64,000 nucleotides of DNA from a virus (lineage: Duplodnaviria; Caudoviricetes), in the IMG/VR virus record IMGVR_UViG_3300028886_000059, positions 32,001-96,000 of that record. One strand, written 5' to 3'. Shown piece after piece: positions 9,729-19,697 of the stretch. Below the pieces are notes generated by a model. It had not been told where the DNA came from and did no database searches. It saw only the letters and a program-made list of their open reading frames with translations. Positions within the stretch are counted from its first letter, which is position 1; every line of letters begins with the position of its first letter. The translations under genes were made by a program, and so were the position numbers.

Positions 9729-10388
9729 TTAGACAACACGCCTTGCCATTCGGCTGTGACTCAATCTCCTTGCCCTGTACCAGTCATCGAAGCTGGCGAA
9801 CTCATCCCGTTCCGTATCGTCATCGTCCAGCGTTTGCAGAAATGCCGTCTGCATGGGGCTGACTGTTCGGTAGCCGTAACTGTCGATGTGGTTCAGGTTG
9901 GAGTACAGTCTGCCATTGAATCTGATGAACTGGCCAAACGTCCTGACGTTCCCGTTCTCGTCCATCATGGCGAACTTTGAATAGCCGATTATCTTGTCAA
10001 TTACCCTCGTCACATACGATGACTTGAATCCGTACTTCTGTATGGCTGGGTAGATGATATTCTGAAATGCGGTCTCGCTGTCTGTCATATCCCCTTCGGG
10101 TCTGATGCTCAGAATGCCGTTGTGGGCAAACCAAATGTTTCCGCGATTGAAGGGATGGCAGTTGGCCTTGCACTTGCTGCCGTGCGTTGCCAGTCTGAAA
10201 TGTATGATACACGCCTCCTCCTTCGGTACTTTGTGTATGTACTTCAAGAAGGTCTCAAAGTTCATGCCCTTATAGTGATGGCTCTTGCTGACGAATCCGC
10301 ATCCGTGCGGGTTTCTGCGATGGGCGTTTCTTAACTCGGTATCTGTTGGTAACTGCTGGCCTGCGGCCTTTATGATGATAACACACAT
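9729..10388 (-). CDS. Class II (Ntn) glutamine amidotransferase
   Basis: N-terminal MC, NPHGCG, HFRLATHG, NCHPF, AHNG and TDSE motifs. Confidence 0.9.
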   Translation of the reverse strand: MCVIIIKAAGQQLPTDTELRNAHRRNPHGCGFVSKSHHYKGMNFETFLKYIHKVPKEEACIIHFRLATHGSKCKANCHPFNRGNIWFAHNGILSIRPEGDMTDSETAFQNIIYPAIQKYGFKSSYVTRVIDKIIGYSKFAMMDENGNVRTFGQFIRFNGRLYSNLNHIDSYGYRTVSPMQTAFLQTLDDDDTERDEFASFDDWYRARRLSHSRMARRVV

Positions 10389-10482
10389 AATATTCTTATT
10401 TTAATTTGTTGATGATATGATAATGTTTGATTTTTGGCCGTTTGCGGCCTGTGTGCAGGGCTTTCGCCCTGCTTGCCTGTAG

Positions 10483-11397
10483 TTATTGTGCCTGTCTTGC
10501 AAATTCGCGCTGGCGACGCTTGAAATATGCCTTTTCGTCGTTTGTCAAGAAAGGTATCTCGTCGATGCTGGCGATTGGGCGGGTGAGTCTGTTGTCGCGT
10601 GACCAAACCACCAGCTTTGCACAGAATGAAATCCAGTTAGAAATCTTCTCGTAATCCGTGCTGCCCTGATGCTGGCGAAACTCGATTGTACGGTGGCGTG
10701 ACCATGAACAAGCATTCACCTTGAAATATCTGTCATTGCCGAAAGCGTTGCAGACATCCTCCTGTGTGTGGCAGTTTGCCAAACGCTTGCCGATTATTGA
10801 CTCGCAATAGGTGTTATTGTTTGCCCTGCGGCTTCCTGCCATGAAGGTGTCGATAAGGGTCTCAAGCATCTGATAGTTTACGAATACGCTGACGTACTGC
10901 TCGCCTGTCAAGTCCTTTGCACCGATATGAACGTGCAAGCCTGTTGTCCTGTTGACCTTTGCACCAGCGGCATTCAATGTGGCGCAAGCCTTTTTCAGTG
11001 ATGCCAAACCGTTACGGCCTTTAAGCACTGGAGTAACACATTCGATGCAGCCGCTGTCGCTGTAGCCCTGTGCGTTTCTGATGCTGCCGTCTGTCACGAA
11101 CTTGAAAACGCTGTTGCTGTCGTGATGGTTGTAGCCCTGATATTCAAGGGGTAGGCCATTCTCCGCACCGATTCTCTGTATAAGACTGCGGTCAACGTTA
11201 TAGGTCTCCATCTCGACTCCGAAAGTAACGGTGAACTTCTTCGATGTTGCGGGGATGTATGCACCTGCATCATTGCCAAGAATGATTGTGATTTCGTCAC
11301 GGGTGATGCCCAGCTTCAGGAGTTCAATAACCTTTGCACTCTTTGCCATGCGACCGTTCTTAATCTCGCTTACCTGTTCTGAAAGTGACTTTGCCAT
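10483..11397 (-). CDS. Putative amidoligase (Amidoligase_2 / COOH-NH2 ligase family)
   Basis: TFGVEME, DGSI, ECVTPVL, TGLHVHIG and TIEFRQHQG motifs; ATG 11397 chosen because the upstream part is promoter/leader. Confidence 0.88.
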   Translation of the reverse strand: MAKSLSEQVSEIKNGRMAKSAKVIELLKLGITRDEITIILGNDAGAYIPATSKKFTVTFGVEMETYNVDRSLIQRIGAENGLPLEYQGYNHHDSNSVFKFVTDGSIRNAQGYSDSGCIECVTPVLKGRNGLASLKKACATLNAAGAKVNRTTGLHVHIGAKDLTGEQYVSVFVNYQMLETLIDTFMAGSRRANNNTYCESIIGKRLANCHTQEDVCNAFGNDRYFKVNACSWSRHRTIEFRQHQGSTDYEKISNWISFCAKLVVWSRDNRLTRPIASIDEIPFLTNDEKAYFKRRQREFARQAQ

Positions 11398-11530
11398 AAT
11401 TCTTTGTGCCTGTTTGGTCAGTCGGCTCTTCTGTTCTAAATGGGTTGTTATGTTGTTTGATGTTGCAAAGGTAAGCAAATAAATTTAAACTACCAAATTT
11501 TTCAGCGAAAAAATAAAGTTATTTGCTTTA
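11398..11530 (-). promoter_or_regulatory. Early-type promoter, operator pair and conserved leader
   Basis: TTTG-N20-TACCTTTG, two AAGCAAATAA boxes, TTTAGAAC..GCCGAC..AAACAGGCA leader. Confidence 0.75.
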
Positions 11531-11655
11531 TTTAACATTTGAAGCGGTTTTTGAAGCACATACACCTTATTATATATATAAATAGGCTGCAAATAAAGCG
11601 TTTTAAGACGTTCTTTTCATTGCAGCCTATAGAATACCAAAGAAAGCGATTTAAT

Positions 11656-12279
11656 TTATCTGCCGCCTGTTCTGATGCCATAGATAAGCCAAATTTCATC
11701 AATGGCCATCTCCAAGTCTGCAAGAAACTGGCGAAACTCAAAAGGCTTGATAGGTCTTTTTCTGCCTGTCAGAAAATCGACCCTGACGAACATGTTCACC
11801 AAATCGAACTCAGAAAGCGACCCTTCGGAATAGTTCAGGAGCGCACTGGCATACATCGAATAGTGCAGCGTGGCCTCCTTTCTGAACCGTGGAAGTCTGC
11901 CTCCGTCATACAGTGCCTTGCAGAACGTGTCATAGTCTGCAAGTTCAAAGGGATAGATGCCATACGACTGCAATGTTTTTACTATCTCGCGGAAATTCCC
12001 GTGCAGGTCGATGTACTGGTTGCACATGTCATCCTGCGACATCGGCTTTCTTTCAGGATTCGGAAACCCGTTCATCATCATGTTCAGGTTGAAATTCTCC
12101 ACATCCTTAAACGATTCTCCACCAATGGCCATCTGCCTGAAATCTTCCGCAGCCGACCATGAGCAGAAAGCCACCGTAAGCCCGCATCCGAGTATAAGCC
12201 GTGTCTTCCGAAACGCCGAGACTTCATCCGTCGGCATCCGTAGCTTCTGAATAGTTGGTAAACTGAAATGCTTCATCAC
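11656..12279 (-). CDS. Hypothetical phage protein
   Basis: 207 aa ORF in the co-oriented gene run. Confidence 0.55.
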   Translation of the reverse strand: MMKHFSLPTIQKLRMPTDEVSAFRKTRLILGCGLTVAFCSWSAAEDFRQMAIGGESFKDVENFNLNMMMNGFPNPERKPMSQDDMCNQYIDLHGNFREIVKTLQSYGIYPFELADYDTFCKALYDGGRLPRFRKEATLHYSMYASALLNYSEGSLSEFDLVNMFVRVDFLTGRKRPIKPFEFRQFLADLEMAIDEIWLIYGIRTGGR

Positions 12280-12478
12280 TTTCTGCTTTCACACTTATGA
12301 CAGGTCTTGTCATCCAACTTCTGATTCCAGTAGGTACAGAAACGGCCAGTAGGCTGCTTGATGTCAAACCTGCATTTGCCGTGCTTCTTCCGTCGGTCAA
12401 TGTCACGTTTTGAACCTATCGCGCTACTGGGCTTCTTTACCAAATTTCGGCAGATTTCTTTCAGACCTTCTTTTGTGT

Positions 12479-12880
12479 TCATACCTTCAATTCCATTATG
12501 CCGCCAGCAATCTTGTAGTAAGCCTGTTGCAGTTCATGCAGGCAGCTGATGCAGCCGTAACGCTTCCACTCGTTGCTTGGTGTCTTGATAAAAACACTGT
12601 CAATGTCCTGCGACATGGTATAGAACACCTTGGCACGGGTTCCGTACATGATGCAGCCCTGCGTCTCGTCATGCCTGAATCCGAAACGCTCCAGCAGCCG
12701 TACTTCCGTCAGGCTGATGCCCTCCAGCTTGTCAGGCTCAAAGTAGCCCTTCTCATCAAGATAGACGCTGTTCTGCGACAGTTCCATCACACAGCCAATC
12801 CTGCTGCCGCTGACTGGCACGTTTACCTTCGTCCTGACAACATCCCCGATGTGCAGGTCTCTGATAGTCATTCCGTTCAT
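12479..12880 (-). CDS. Hypothetical protein (DL.IGD.V / I.LTE family, paralog of 12877 and 16748)
   Basis: Shared DLHIGDVV...ISLTE...LHELQQ pattern. Confidence 0.6.
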   Translation of the reverse strand: MNGMTIRDLHIGDVVRTKVNVPVSGSRIGCVMELSQNSVYLDEKGYFEPDKLEGISLTEVRLLERFGFRHDETQGCIMYGTRAKVFYTMSQDIDSVFIKTPSNEWKRYGCISCLHELQQAYYKIAGGIMELKV

Positions 12881-13302
12881 TTCTTCACCTTCTTTTGTTT
12901 AGGTACTCTGACTTTCAACTCACCACGGCCATGCTTCCATGCCATCTGTTGAACAACATGCAGAAAAGCCCGCTTGGGATTCAGGTACTCGACAAACTGG
13001 CCGTTACCGTGGTTGATGGTAAGGTGTGCGCCGCCGTCATTCAGCAAATCGACACGCGCCGACACGCCATCGCCCTTGAAGCTGATGACAACGCCATCCA
13101 CCTTTGCACCCACCACCTTCAACGCTTCCGTATCAGTCAGCGCAACAGGCTCGGCCTCGCCCAAATGTACGATGGTCATTGTGTTCTCGTCAAAGGCATC
13201 TGTACGCCCGATAGTTCCGATTTGGTGCAGTTCGCCATTGAAGCGCACCACGTCGCCAGCGTGTAAGTCACGGCCAGCCATTTTCATTTTCTTCTGTTCC
13301 AT
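12877..13302 (-). CDS. Hypothetical protein (same paralog family)
   Basis: DLHAGDVV...EPVALTD...LHVVQQ. Confidence 0.6.
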   Translation of the reverse strand: MEQKKMKMAGRDLHAGDVVRFNGELHQIGTIGRTDAFDENTMTIVHLGEAEPVALTDTEALKVVGAKVDGVVISFKGDGVSARVDLLNDGGAHLTINHGNGQFVEYLNPKRAFLHVVQQMAWKHGRGELKVRVPKQKKVKK

Positions 13303-13435
13303 TTTGATTCCCGTTTTTGTCGTTTCTTCTTTGATTCGTTTCTTCGCCGTTCTGTTTCACACGGCCTGACACCTTGGCAGGAGCATCCGTTTCCGTATGT
13401 TCTGCTTCGGGTATAGTATTTGCATGATGAACACT

Positions 13436-13771
13436 TCATAACCTTCTTTGCGGCTCGTTCTTTATGCAGTCACTAACATATCCGTCGATGTCGATTTCAA
13501 ACATCGTCATTCCGAGAGAGTTGCAGCCGACTTGCGCCGTCTGATAGCCAGTCTTTGCCTTATCGCCGTACTTATGGATTTCTTCTACAAACATCCTGTC
13601 AATACTTGCAGGGTTCGTGATATGCGGGTTCTGACGCTTAAACGTCTCTTTCCGCGATTCCACCGTAGCGGCCAACTGTTTGACAAGGCTAAGATTCTCG
13701 CGCAATTCCTTGATTCCGTTCTGTAGCGTCATCAGGTCATACATGAACGCCTCATTTACCTCCGCTTTCAT
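13436..13771 (-). CDS. Hypothetical phage protein
   Basis: 111 aa ORF overlapping the upstream gene end. Confidence 0.5.
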   Translation of the reverse strand: MKAEVNEAFMYDLMTLQNGIKELRENLSLVKQLAATVESRKETFKRQNPHITNPASIDRMFVEEIHKYGDKAKTGYQTAQVGCNSLGMTMFEIDIDGYVSDCIKNEPQRRL

Positions 13772-14129
13772 ACTTATCCGAATTTTGTTTCAGCCATTTC
13801 ACACATCCGATGATGTTCTCAAAAAGCGTTCCACCGTCGAATGATTCAAGGTGTAAATCATAGTCGATGCAGAAATACGTCACCTCTTCACCGAATATGC
13901 AGCGGTCATAAACAATGCCATCTTCATCTTTCAGTGTCAGCGGCAAAAGGTTCATCAATGCCGCCAGCGACCAGCACGGCACGGCATTATTAGCCCATTC
14001 CGACGTGATTCTGTAGCCTCCGACAGTAGGGATTCGGTACAGGTCAGCCGTATCGGGATTGATACCCAAATCGGCCAGCTGTGCCTCCTGCTTCCGCGTC
14101 GTACAATACTGTTTCTCTTCCATACGCAT
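13752..14129 (-). CDS. Hypothetical Bacteroidales phage protein (PCWSL.AL motif)
   Basis: T..Q...L...GI.P.TAD...PCWSLAALMNLLP pattern. Confidence 0.6.
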   Translation of the reverse strand: MRMEEKQYCTTRKQEAQLADLGINPDTADLYRIPTVGGYRITSEWANNAVPCWSLAALMNLLPLTLKDEDGIVYDRCIFGEEVTYFCIDYDLHLESFDGGTLFENIIGCVKWLKQNSDKYESGGK

Positions 14130-14132
14130 GAT

Positions 14133-14159
14133 GGCGGGGCTGTAAGAACAGCCCTCGCC
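14133..14159 (-). promoter_or_regulatory. GC-rich hairpin just 3' of the DGR-type variable region
   Basis: GGCG-A-GGGCTGT-TCTT-ACAGCCC-CGCC. Confidence 0.6.
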
Positions 14160-14171
14160 GAATGTAGAATG

Positions 14172-14848
14172 TTAAATGTTAAATGCGGCCACAGGGCGAA
14201 CAACGACCTGCTGGGAGACTTGCCGCCGGTGTTGACGAGACCAGTAGTGAAAAGCACGTACCAAGCATAGTAGCTGCTGTACTCAGTAACAGACCAGTAG
14301 TATTCTTCCATATCGAATGGCTCGCCGCCAACAAATTTTAACGCTTCATTCAGCCCTTTGTCGGCATAGTGACACATCAGCACCAGCATAGGCAATGCAG
14401 GGATGCACTCACCACCTGCCAGCGGTATGTCCGTTCCGATTTCCTGAATGTGCTTCGTGCGCTCCACACACTCCCAATCCAGCAGGGCATCACATTCACG
14501 ACGGCGGTACGATGGATGTTCCGACGGGCATTTGTCGGTGTCCTGTACCAGTGCATACTTGCCAAGGTCTTTCAATGCCACACAGAAAGAATGGCCGTCA
14601 TGCACGATTCCGATGTACTTCACGCCCTTTGCATCTGACTTGTCATTGTCGCCAGTGTACGGCTTATAGCCGCCATCCTCATAGACAAGGTACAGACCGT
14701 TAGGCACTGTGTTTCCGCTGGCCACGGCCACGGGTGCAGGCTTACTTACTTCGCGCTTTTCACCAGCCATAATGAAATCCAAGGCTTTCTGCGCATCTTC
14801 TCCAAATTCACGGTATAGTTCCAACCGCATTTGCTGATTCTCTGTCAT
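14172..14848 (-). pseudogene. DGR target-like protein (DUF1566/C-type lectin fold) with a 1-nt frameshift in the variable region
   Basis: YYWSVTEY...AWYV.F..G.V; the canonical VVRPVAAF end lies in another frame, with the shift near 14208. Confidence 0.75.
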
Positions 14849-15429
14849 GTTTTTTATTGTTTTTAAATATGTATTCTTTGGTCGTTTATCAGATTCCGAC
14901 GCTCTTTCTTTCATTGCAAGACACAATGCCAAGGCCACAGGATTAGGCTCAACGCTTTTCGCCTTATTGACATTTTCCAATACATAGATAGCACCAGCAT
15001 GAAAGGCATCTTCAATTTCGATGTCATAATGCTTTTGCATACCTTCATCAAGTTGTTTCCTCGCATCACTGCTGACTTTAACCTTTTCGCAGTATTCTTG
15101 CGCCTTTTCTGTAATCGGTAACTTAATCATTTCTTCATCTGATTTAATTGTTCGTAATACTGTTTGTTGGAGAATTGCGGGGTATTCCACGCTTCGCGCT
15201 TCCGTGCCAGCTGCTTCTCCTTGCGCTGCTGATAGACCCTGTTCATACTACTTATTCTTTTTGCGTTTCTTTTTCTTCTTAGGCGGGGTGTAGTTCGACC
15301 CTTTGCCCCACTTAGTGCCACCACACACAGACGGCACAATCTTACGCAGCTTTTCAGCCCTGTCCTTTATCTTCATGCAGGTCTCATAGACTTGCGGGTG
15401 TTCCACCTTGCAGCATTCGCATCCCATAG

Positions 15430-15711
15430 CTATACCAGTTGTTTGATTGTATCGTATGCAGCGCGTATTTCATCCGCATGTTCCTTTGCGAACCTGTCAA
15501 AAGCACCTTCACCACCGAAAACCTCATCCAGTCGTGGCATGATGTCACCGATAGGATTCAGCCAAGAGTCTTTTTTGCATTCTTCGGGTGAATAGATGGC
15601 TATCAAACCAGCATTGCCGCCGAAATGCAGACACATGGCGAAATAAGCCGCCAACTTGTTTTCCGCTTCGATTGAGTATTTACTACTCATTGCACCATAT
15701 TCAATTACCAT
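15430..15711 (-). CDS. Hypothetical phage protein
   Basis: 93 aa ORF. Confidence 0.5.
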   Translation of the reverse strand: MVIEYGAMSSKYSIEAENKLAAYFAMCLHFGGNAGLIAIYSPEECKKDSWLNPIGDIMPRLDEVFGGEGAFDRFAKEHADEIRAAYDTIKQLV

Positions 15712-15761
15712 AGCCTTATGTCTTTAAGAATAATATTTTCGTTAATGTTCATGTCCTGTAT

Positions 15762-16067
15762 TTAATAACCGTAATAATGTCCTAATTCAACCTCTCTCCG
15801 ACTCAGGCGATAGCGTTTGCCAACATTGAACTTGTAATAACTGCTTGCAGAGCATTCGACAGGTCGCAATTCACCCGTTTCTGCATCTTTCATTACGACA
15901 TAGTACACCGTTTCCACAACCTGTTTCTCGGTGAAGAAATTGTAGTGTGAGCCTACATCCTTAGACTTTTCCACTACTTCATAGACGCGCTGCTCCCTTT
16001 GGCCGTCACAATCCGAATTTGACATGCAGACCAGCGCAATAAATACAATGATAAATAAACGTTTCAT
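15762..16067 (-). CDS. Exported or lipoprotein-like small protein
   Basis: Basic-hydrophobic N-terminus followed by Cys. Confidence 0.5.
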   Translation of the reverse strand: MKRLFIIVFIALVCMSNSDCDGQREQRVYEVVEKSKDVGSHYNFFTEKQVVETVYYVVMKDAETGELRPVECSASSYYKFNVGKRYRLSRREVELGHYYGY

Positions 16068-16073
16068 ATACTA

Positions 16074-16382
16074 TTACTTATTTAGTTCCTTCCATTGCAG
16101 TACGGCTTCATACACCGTCTTTGCAGGTTCTATCCCAGCATCATGCAGGGCATCGTTCACACCTTCCATGATTGCATCAACATCCAAGTAATCATCGTAT
16201 GGGTCAAAGAACTCGGCAACGGCATCCTCACAGCAAAGGTGCATCCGCTGGTCGTCAATTTCGCCGTCAGTGACATAGACGTTATGCTGATACTTCTCGC
16301 CCTTCTTGATGACAGCACCGCAAAACAGGCATCTGTGCTCCTTGCTGGCTACGGGCTGTTCCTGACGTAACACCTCAACCAT
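16074..16382 (-). CDS. Zn-finger hypothetical protein
   Basis: A.KEHRCxxC...IKKGEKY...HxxC motif. Confidence 0.55.
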   Translation of the reverse strand: MVEVLRQEQPVASKEHRCLFCGAVIKKGEKYQHNVYVTDGEIDDQRMHLCCEDAVAEFFDPYDDYLDVDAIMEGVNDALHDAGIEPAKTVYEAVLQWKELNK

Positions 16383-16388
16383 ACTTTT

Positions 16389-16751
16389 TTATTTAGTTCG
16401 CAAAACCTTTACCATCGTGACATAATGCTCATCTTTCCGATGAAGTATATATCCCATCCTCACATACCAGTCGCAAAGCCAGTCGAAGTTACTACAGCTT
16501 TTATCTACGTCAAGCTGCATGAAAGACCTGTTGTTTATAATGGCTATCTTTTCGCATTTCTCCATCAGCATCTTTCCGATATTCTTTCTTCTTTGGCTTT
16601 CATCCACGATAAGCCCCTTGACAAATGCCGTTGAAGGGCAGTCGTTTTCAAGTTGCAATTCCACTGACGCAATCCCGTTACGTTCTATCAGTGTTATAGT
16701 CCTGCCCCACCACCAATCAACCGATATTCTTGTCAAATTGTCATACATCAT
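16389..16751 (-). CDS. GNAT acetyltransferase
   Basis: LIVDESQRRKNIGKMLM motif A and WYVRMGY. Confidence 0.8.
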   Translation of the reverse strand: MMYDNLTRISVDWWWGRTITLIERNGIASVELQLENDCPSTAFVKGLIVDESQRRKNIGKMLMEKCEKIAIINNRSFMQLDVDKSCSNFDWLCDWYVRMGYILHRKDEHYVTMVKVLRTK

Positions 16752-17179
16752 AATTCTTCGTTTATGATTCTTTCCTCGATTTCCCTTGATAACGCTGGCA
16801 TGTCAGGATTCAATTCTTTACCCGTCAAGTCGCGGTAGATGTGCTGCAACTGATGAAGAAACTCGACCTTCCACGGTATTGCCCTGCAAGCGGGTGAGCC
16901 GAATCCAACCACGCCAACGGTCTTTTGCATGGGATGGTAAGAAATGACATCGTTCTCGTTCAGCTGGAGAATGCCGTTTTTGTCGAAGCCGCACAGTTCC
17001 AGCACCCTTTCAGAAAGTGGTACAGGCATCAACTCTTCGTGATTCACCTCTTCAATATTGTTGTCACGGTCAGCACACTTGCAATATGTCTGCACGGTGA
17101 TGATTTTCAGCACACCCAGCCCATGCAGGTGGCAGAACCAGTCATCAACCCTTATATCATGTAGATTCAGCAGTTCCAT
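16748..17179 (-). CDS. Hypothetical protein (paralog of 12479 and 12877)
   Basis: PVPLSERVLELCGF...LHQLQH. Confidence 0.6.
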   Translation of the reverse strand: MELLNLHDIRVDDWFCHLHGLGVLKIITVQTYCKCADRDNNIEEVNHEELMPVPLSERVLELCGFDKNGILQLNENDVISYHPMQKTVGVVGFGSPACRAIPWKVEFLHQLQHIYRDLTGKELNPDMPALSREIEERIINEEL

Positions 17180-17183
17180 AGCG

Positions 17184-18146
17184 TTACGAATTTGCGATTA
17201 TACCATTTGTGAATCGGTCATAGTACACATCGACATCCATGCCGAAATAGAACTTGATACCATGAATGTTACTCATAGTCTCCAGCAGGTCATCCAGTTC
17301 GCCCAAAGACTTCTTTCCGAAATTCCGCTGCTTCAACAGGTCAATCTTATGGCACTTCACCAAATCGCCGAAGGTCTCCAAGTCTGCGGCCTTTAGGCAG
17401 TTCAGCGACCTTACCGTAAGATTCATGTCAACAAGCCTTGTGTTCAGAAGCCCCAATATCTCCTTATCCTGTTCCGACAATTCGCCCATAGCCTTTTCTT
17501 CTGCGGTCTTGTGCTTATCCTGCTCGACCTTGATATTCAGTTTCTCACGCAATTCTGCCAGTTCTGCATCCTGTTTCTTCAACAGGCTGCGCATCATCTT
17601 GTTTTCGGCTTCTGTCTCGTTACACCTGTTCAGCACGTCACCATAGGGCTCAAGGCTTCCCAGCTTCCGCATACCCTTCTCGATAATTTGCCTTGTGCGC
17701 TCACGGGTAATGCCGTACTCGTCACCGATGGCTTCAAATTCCGAACCGTCCAAGTATTCTTTCAGAACACTTCGCTCACGCTCAGACATTATCTCGTTAT
17801 CTACGCAATCTATCATCGTATGAATCATGCGAATCAGTCTTGACGGCCTTTCCATGCCGTTGACCATAGCGACATCCAGCATCCATTGGTCGCTGGCCTG
17901 CCTCAGCTTGTGAACCATTTCGTAATTCTTCTGCTGCAATTCCTTGATGGCCTTTTCAGATTCGGCCAAGTCTTGCAGAGAGTCGAACAGTTTCGTAATG
18001 GTGTCTCTGTCAACCATCAGCCACTTGCCGACCTGCTTTGCACGGAGTACGCCCTTGCTGCACCAGTTCGTTATGGTCTGCGGGTCAACGCGGAGCATTT
18101 CCGCTGCCTCCTGCCTTGAAATCATTCTGCTTTCACTGCTTTTCAT
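17184..18146 (-). CDS. Transcription regulator: HTH_17 + sigma70 region 4 + RNAP alpha-CTD
   Basis: [20 protein letters not shown]; [23 protein letters not shown]; [12 protein letters not shown]...RNFGKKSL. Confidence 0.85.
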   Translation of the reverse strand: MKSSESRMISRQEAAEMLRVDPQTITNWCSKGVLRAKQVGKWLMVDRDTITKLFDSLQDLAESEKAIKELQQKNYEMVHKLRQASDQWMLDVAMVNGMERPSRLIRMIHTMIDCVDNEIMSERERSVLKEYLDGSEFEAIGDEYGITRERTRQIIEKGMRKLGSLEPYGDVLNRCNETEAENKMMRSLLKKQDAELAELREKLNIKVEQDKHKTAEEKAMGELSEQDKEILGLLNTRLVDMNLTVRSLNCLKAADLETFGDLVKCHKIDLLKQRNFGKKSLGELDDLLETMSNIHGIKFYFGMDVDVYYDRFTNGIIANS

Positions 18147-18566
18147 ACCTTTATATTCATGTTTCGTTTTATCGTCTTTACTGCGGTCTCACGCTTTCCG
18201 TTCACCCACGTCTCTAACTTGGTGTCGTAGAAAACCCCAAATTCGAGGTTGTCATGTCGGCGCATATATATATCGCTGCCGCAACCGTCGAAGTCTGCCA
18301 TGAACACCACGGCGAACCCTTCACCGTGAATGCCCCACAACCCTTTATAGATGCCGTCGGGTACTGGCACACGCTCTACATGTGTGTGCCGATAGTTCAA
18401 CGCTTTCAGGATGGCGTTCAGCCCGTCATTCGTCTGCATGTCATCTTCATGCTTGTGCTCGATGATGACCTTTGCGATGACCGTAAAACGCCCGTTCCAA
18501 AGCATCTTCTCGACGATTACCTCGTCTTTGGTGCTGTAGCTGATGCCGAATACCTTTGCCATAGTC

Positions 18567-19217
18567 TTATTCGTTGTCGCCCCACAATTTTCTTGCAAGG
18601 TCGAGATTCTTCTGTGCCTCGTTGACCGCTTTCTTCGCGTATGTCAGCGAATAGGCATGTTCACGCGGGTATTTGCCGCTCTTCAAGCCCTGATGATACT
18701 CGATGGCATCTTCCAGCTTCTTAGCGTAGTAGTCGATGCTTTCAGGCATTGACAGGTTGATGTCATCGGTATGCTGCGCCCATCCTTCGGCCTTGTCACG
18801 GTAGGCTTCGGCCTTATCCATTTCAGCGGCCATCTTTCCAGTATTGCGCCAAGCGTCCTCAATGGCCTTGCGGTGTCTGCGCTCACTGTGATGGCCGACC
18901 TTGATAGGCTCACCCAGCGAAAGAAAGTCTGCATCCTTATTCGACTTGTCAAAATACTCGTCTGCCCGCTTGTCAGCGTTTGCCGCTGCCTGTTCATAGC
19001 GTTCAGCCTTGCGCCTTGCCCGCTCCTGCATGTTGTAGCCGTCGGCACGGGTGATGGAGTAGTAATAGAACCCGTCACGCACAAAGATAAGGTTGTGAAC
19101 GATGCTTTCATTCTCCTTTCCGTACTTCGTCGTTACTGCGATAACCTCGCCCTTTTCGTGCTTTGCATCGCACTTTGCCAAAAATACGTTTGGTGCAAAC
19201 TTGTGATATGTATTCAT
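18567..19217 (-). CDS. DUF3560 domain protein
   Basis: LGEPIKVGHHSERRHRK motif. Confidence 0.85.
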   Translation of the reverse strand: MNTYHKFAPNVFLAKCDAKHEKGEVIAVTTKYGKENESIVHNLIFVRDGFYYYSITRADGYNMQERARRKAERYEQAAANADKRADEYFDKSNKDADFLSLGEPIKVGHHSERRHRKAIEDAWRNTGKMAAEMDKAEAYRDKAEGWAQHTDDINLSMPESIDYYAKKLEDAIEYHQGLKSGKYPREHAYSLTYAKKAVNEAQKNLDLARKLWGDNE

Positions 19218-19450
19218 ATTCTTTCTTGCCAGTGTTTAATCTGTCGGCGGCAGTTCTAAACGGTTTTATTGTTGTCTGATTCGTATGCGTATTCAAGTTC
19301 AGCAGCCATTTTGCCGCTTGTAACGTCATCGGCATTGTATGCCCAAGCAAGATGCTCTGCCAAGTCATTCAGGCGGGAGAAATCACGCATGGCATAGGCC
19401 ACGACCTTGAAATCCATCTTTGCCAGTTCTTTCAAAACTTTCTGTTTCAT

Positions 19451-19577
19451 TTCTTCTGTGCCAGTTTGAACAGTTGGCTCGTCTGCTTCTAAATGGTTTT
19501 GTTTCTATTTGTTGGTGCAAAGTTAAGCATTTAATTTTATATTACCAAATTTTTTGCAAGAAAAATAAAGCAAATAA
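19451..19577 (-). promoter_or_regulatory. Early-type promoter, operator and leader driving the accessory island
   Basis: TTTG-N20-TAACTTTG, TAAAGCAAATAA box, leader motif. Confidence 0.7.
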
Positions 19578-19697
19578 CTTTATTTAACTCTTTAAACGCA
19601 TTTCTACCTATTTAATAAAAAGGTGCAAGAATAGAAATCAATACTGGCATTATGATTCTACCTTGCACCCCCACATTATGAACAACAAGAAACCATA

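Noticed and set aside
9755-9765. Another TGAGTCA match
   Set aside because: It lies inside the amidotransferase 3' end, out of frame, and lacks the GC...G flanks. My scan for further sites was by eye and not exhaustive.
11398-11478. Longer N-termini given in the ORF track (also 33156, 40320, 46909, 60199, 61497)
   Set aside because: The extensions run through promoter, leader or RNA elements, so downstream ATGs are preferred.
13955-14171. C-terminal extension of the 411-aa ORF in the track
   Set aside because: It results from the frameshift in the variable region and overlaps the next gene and the hairpin.
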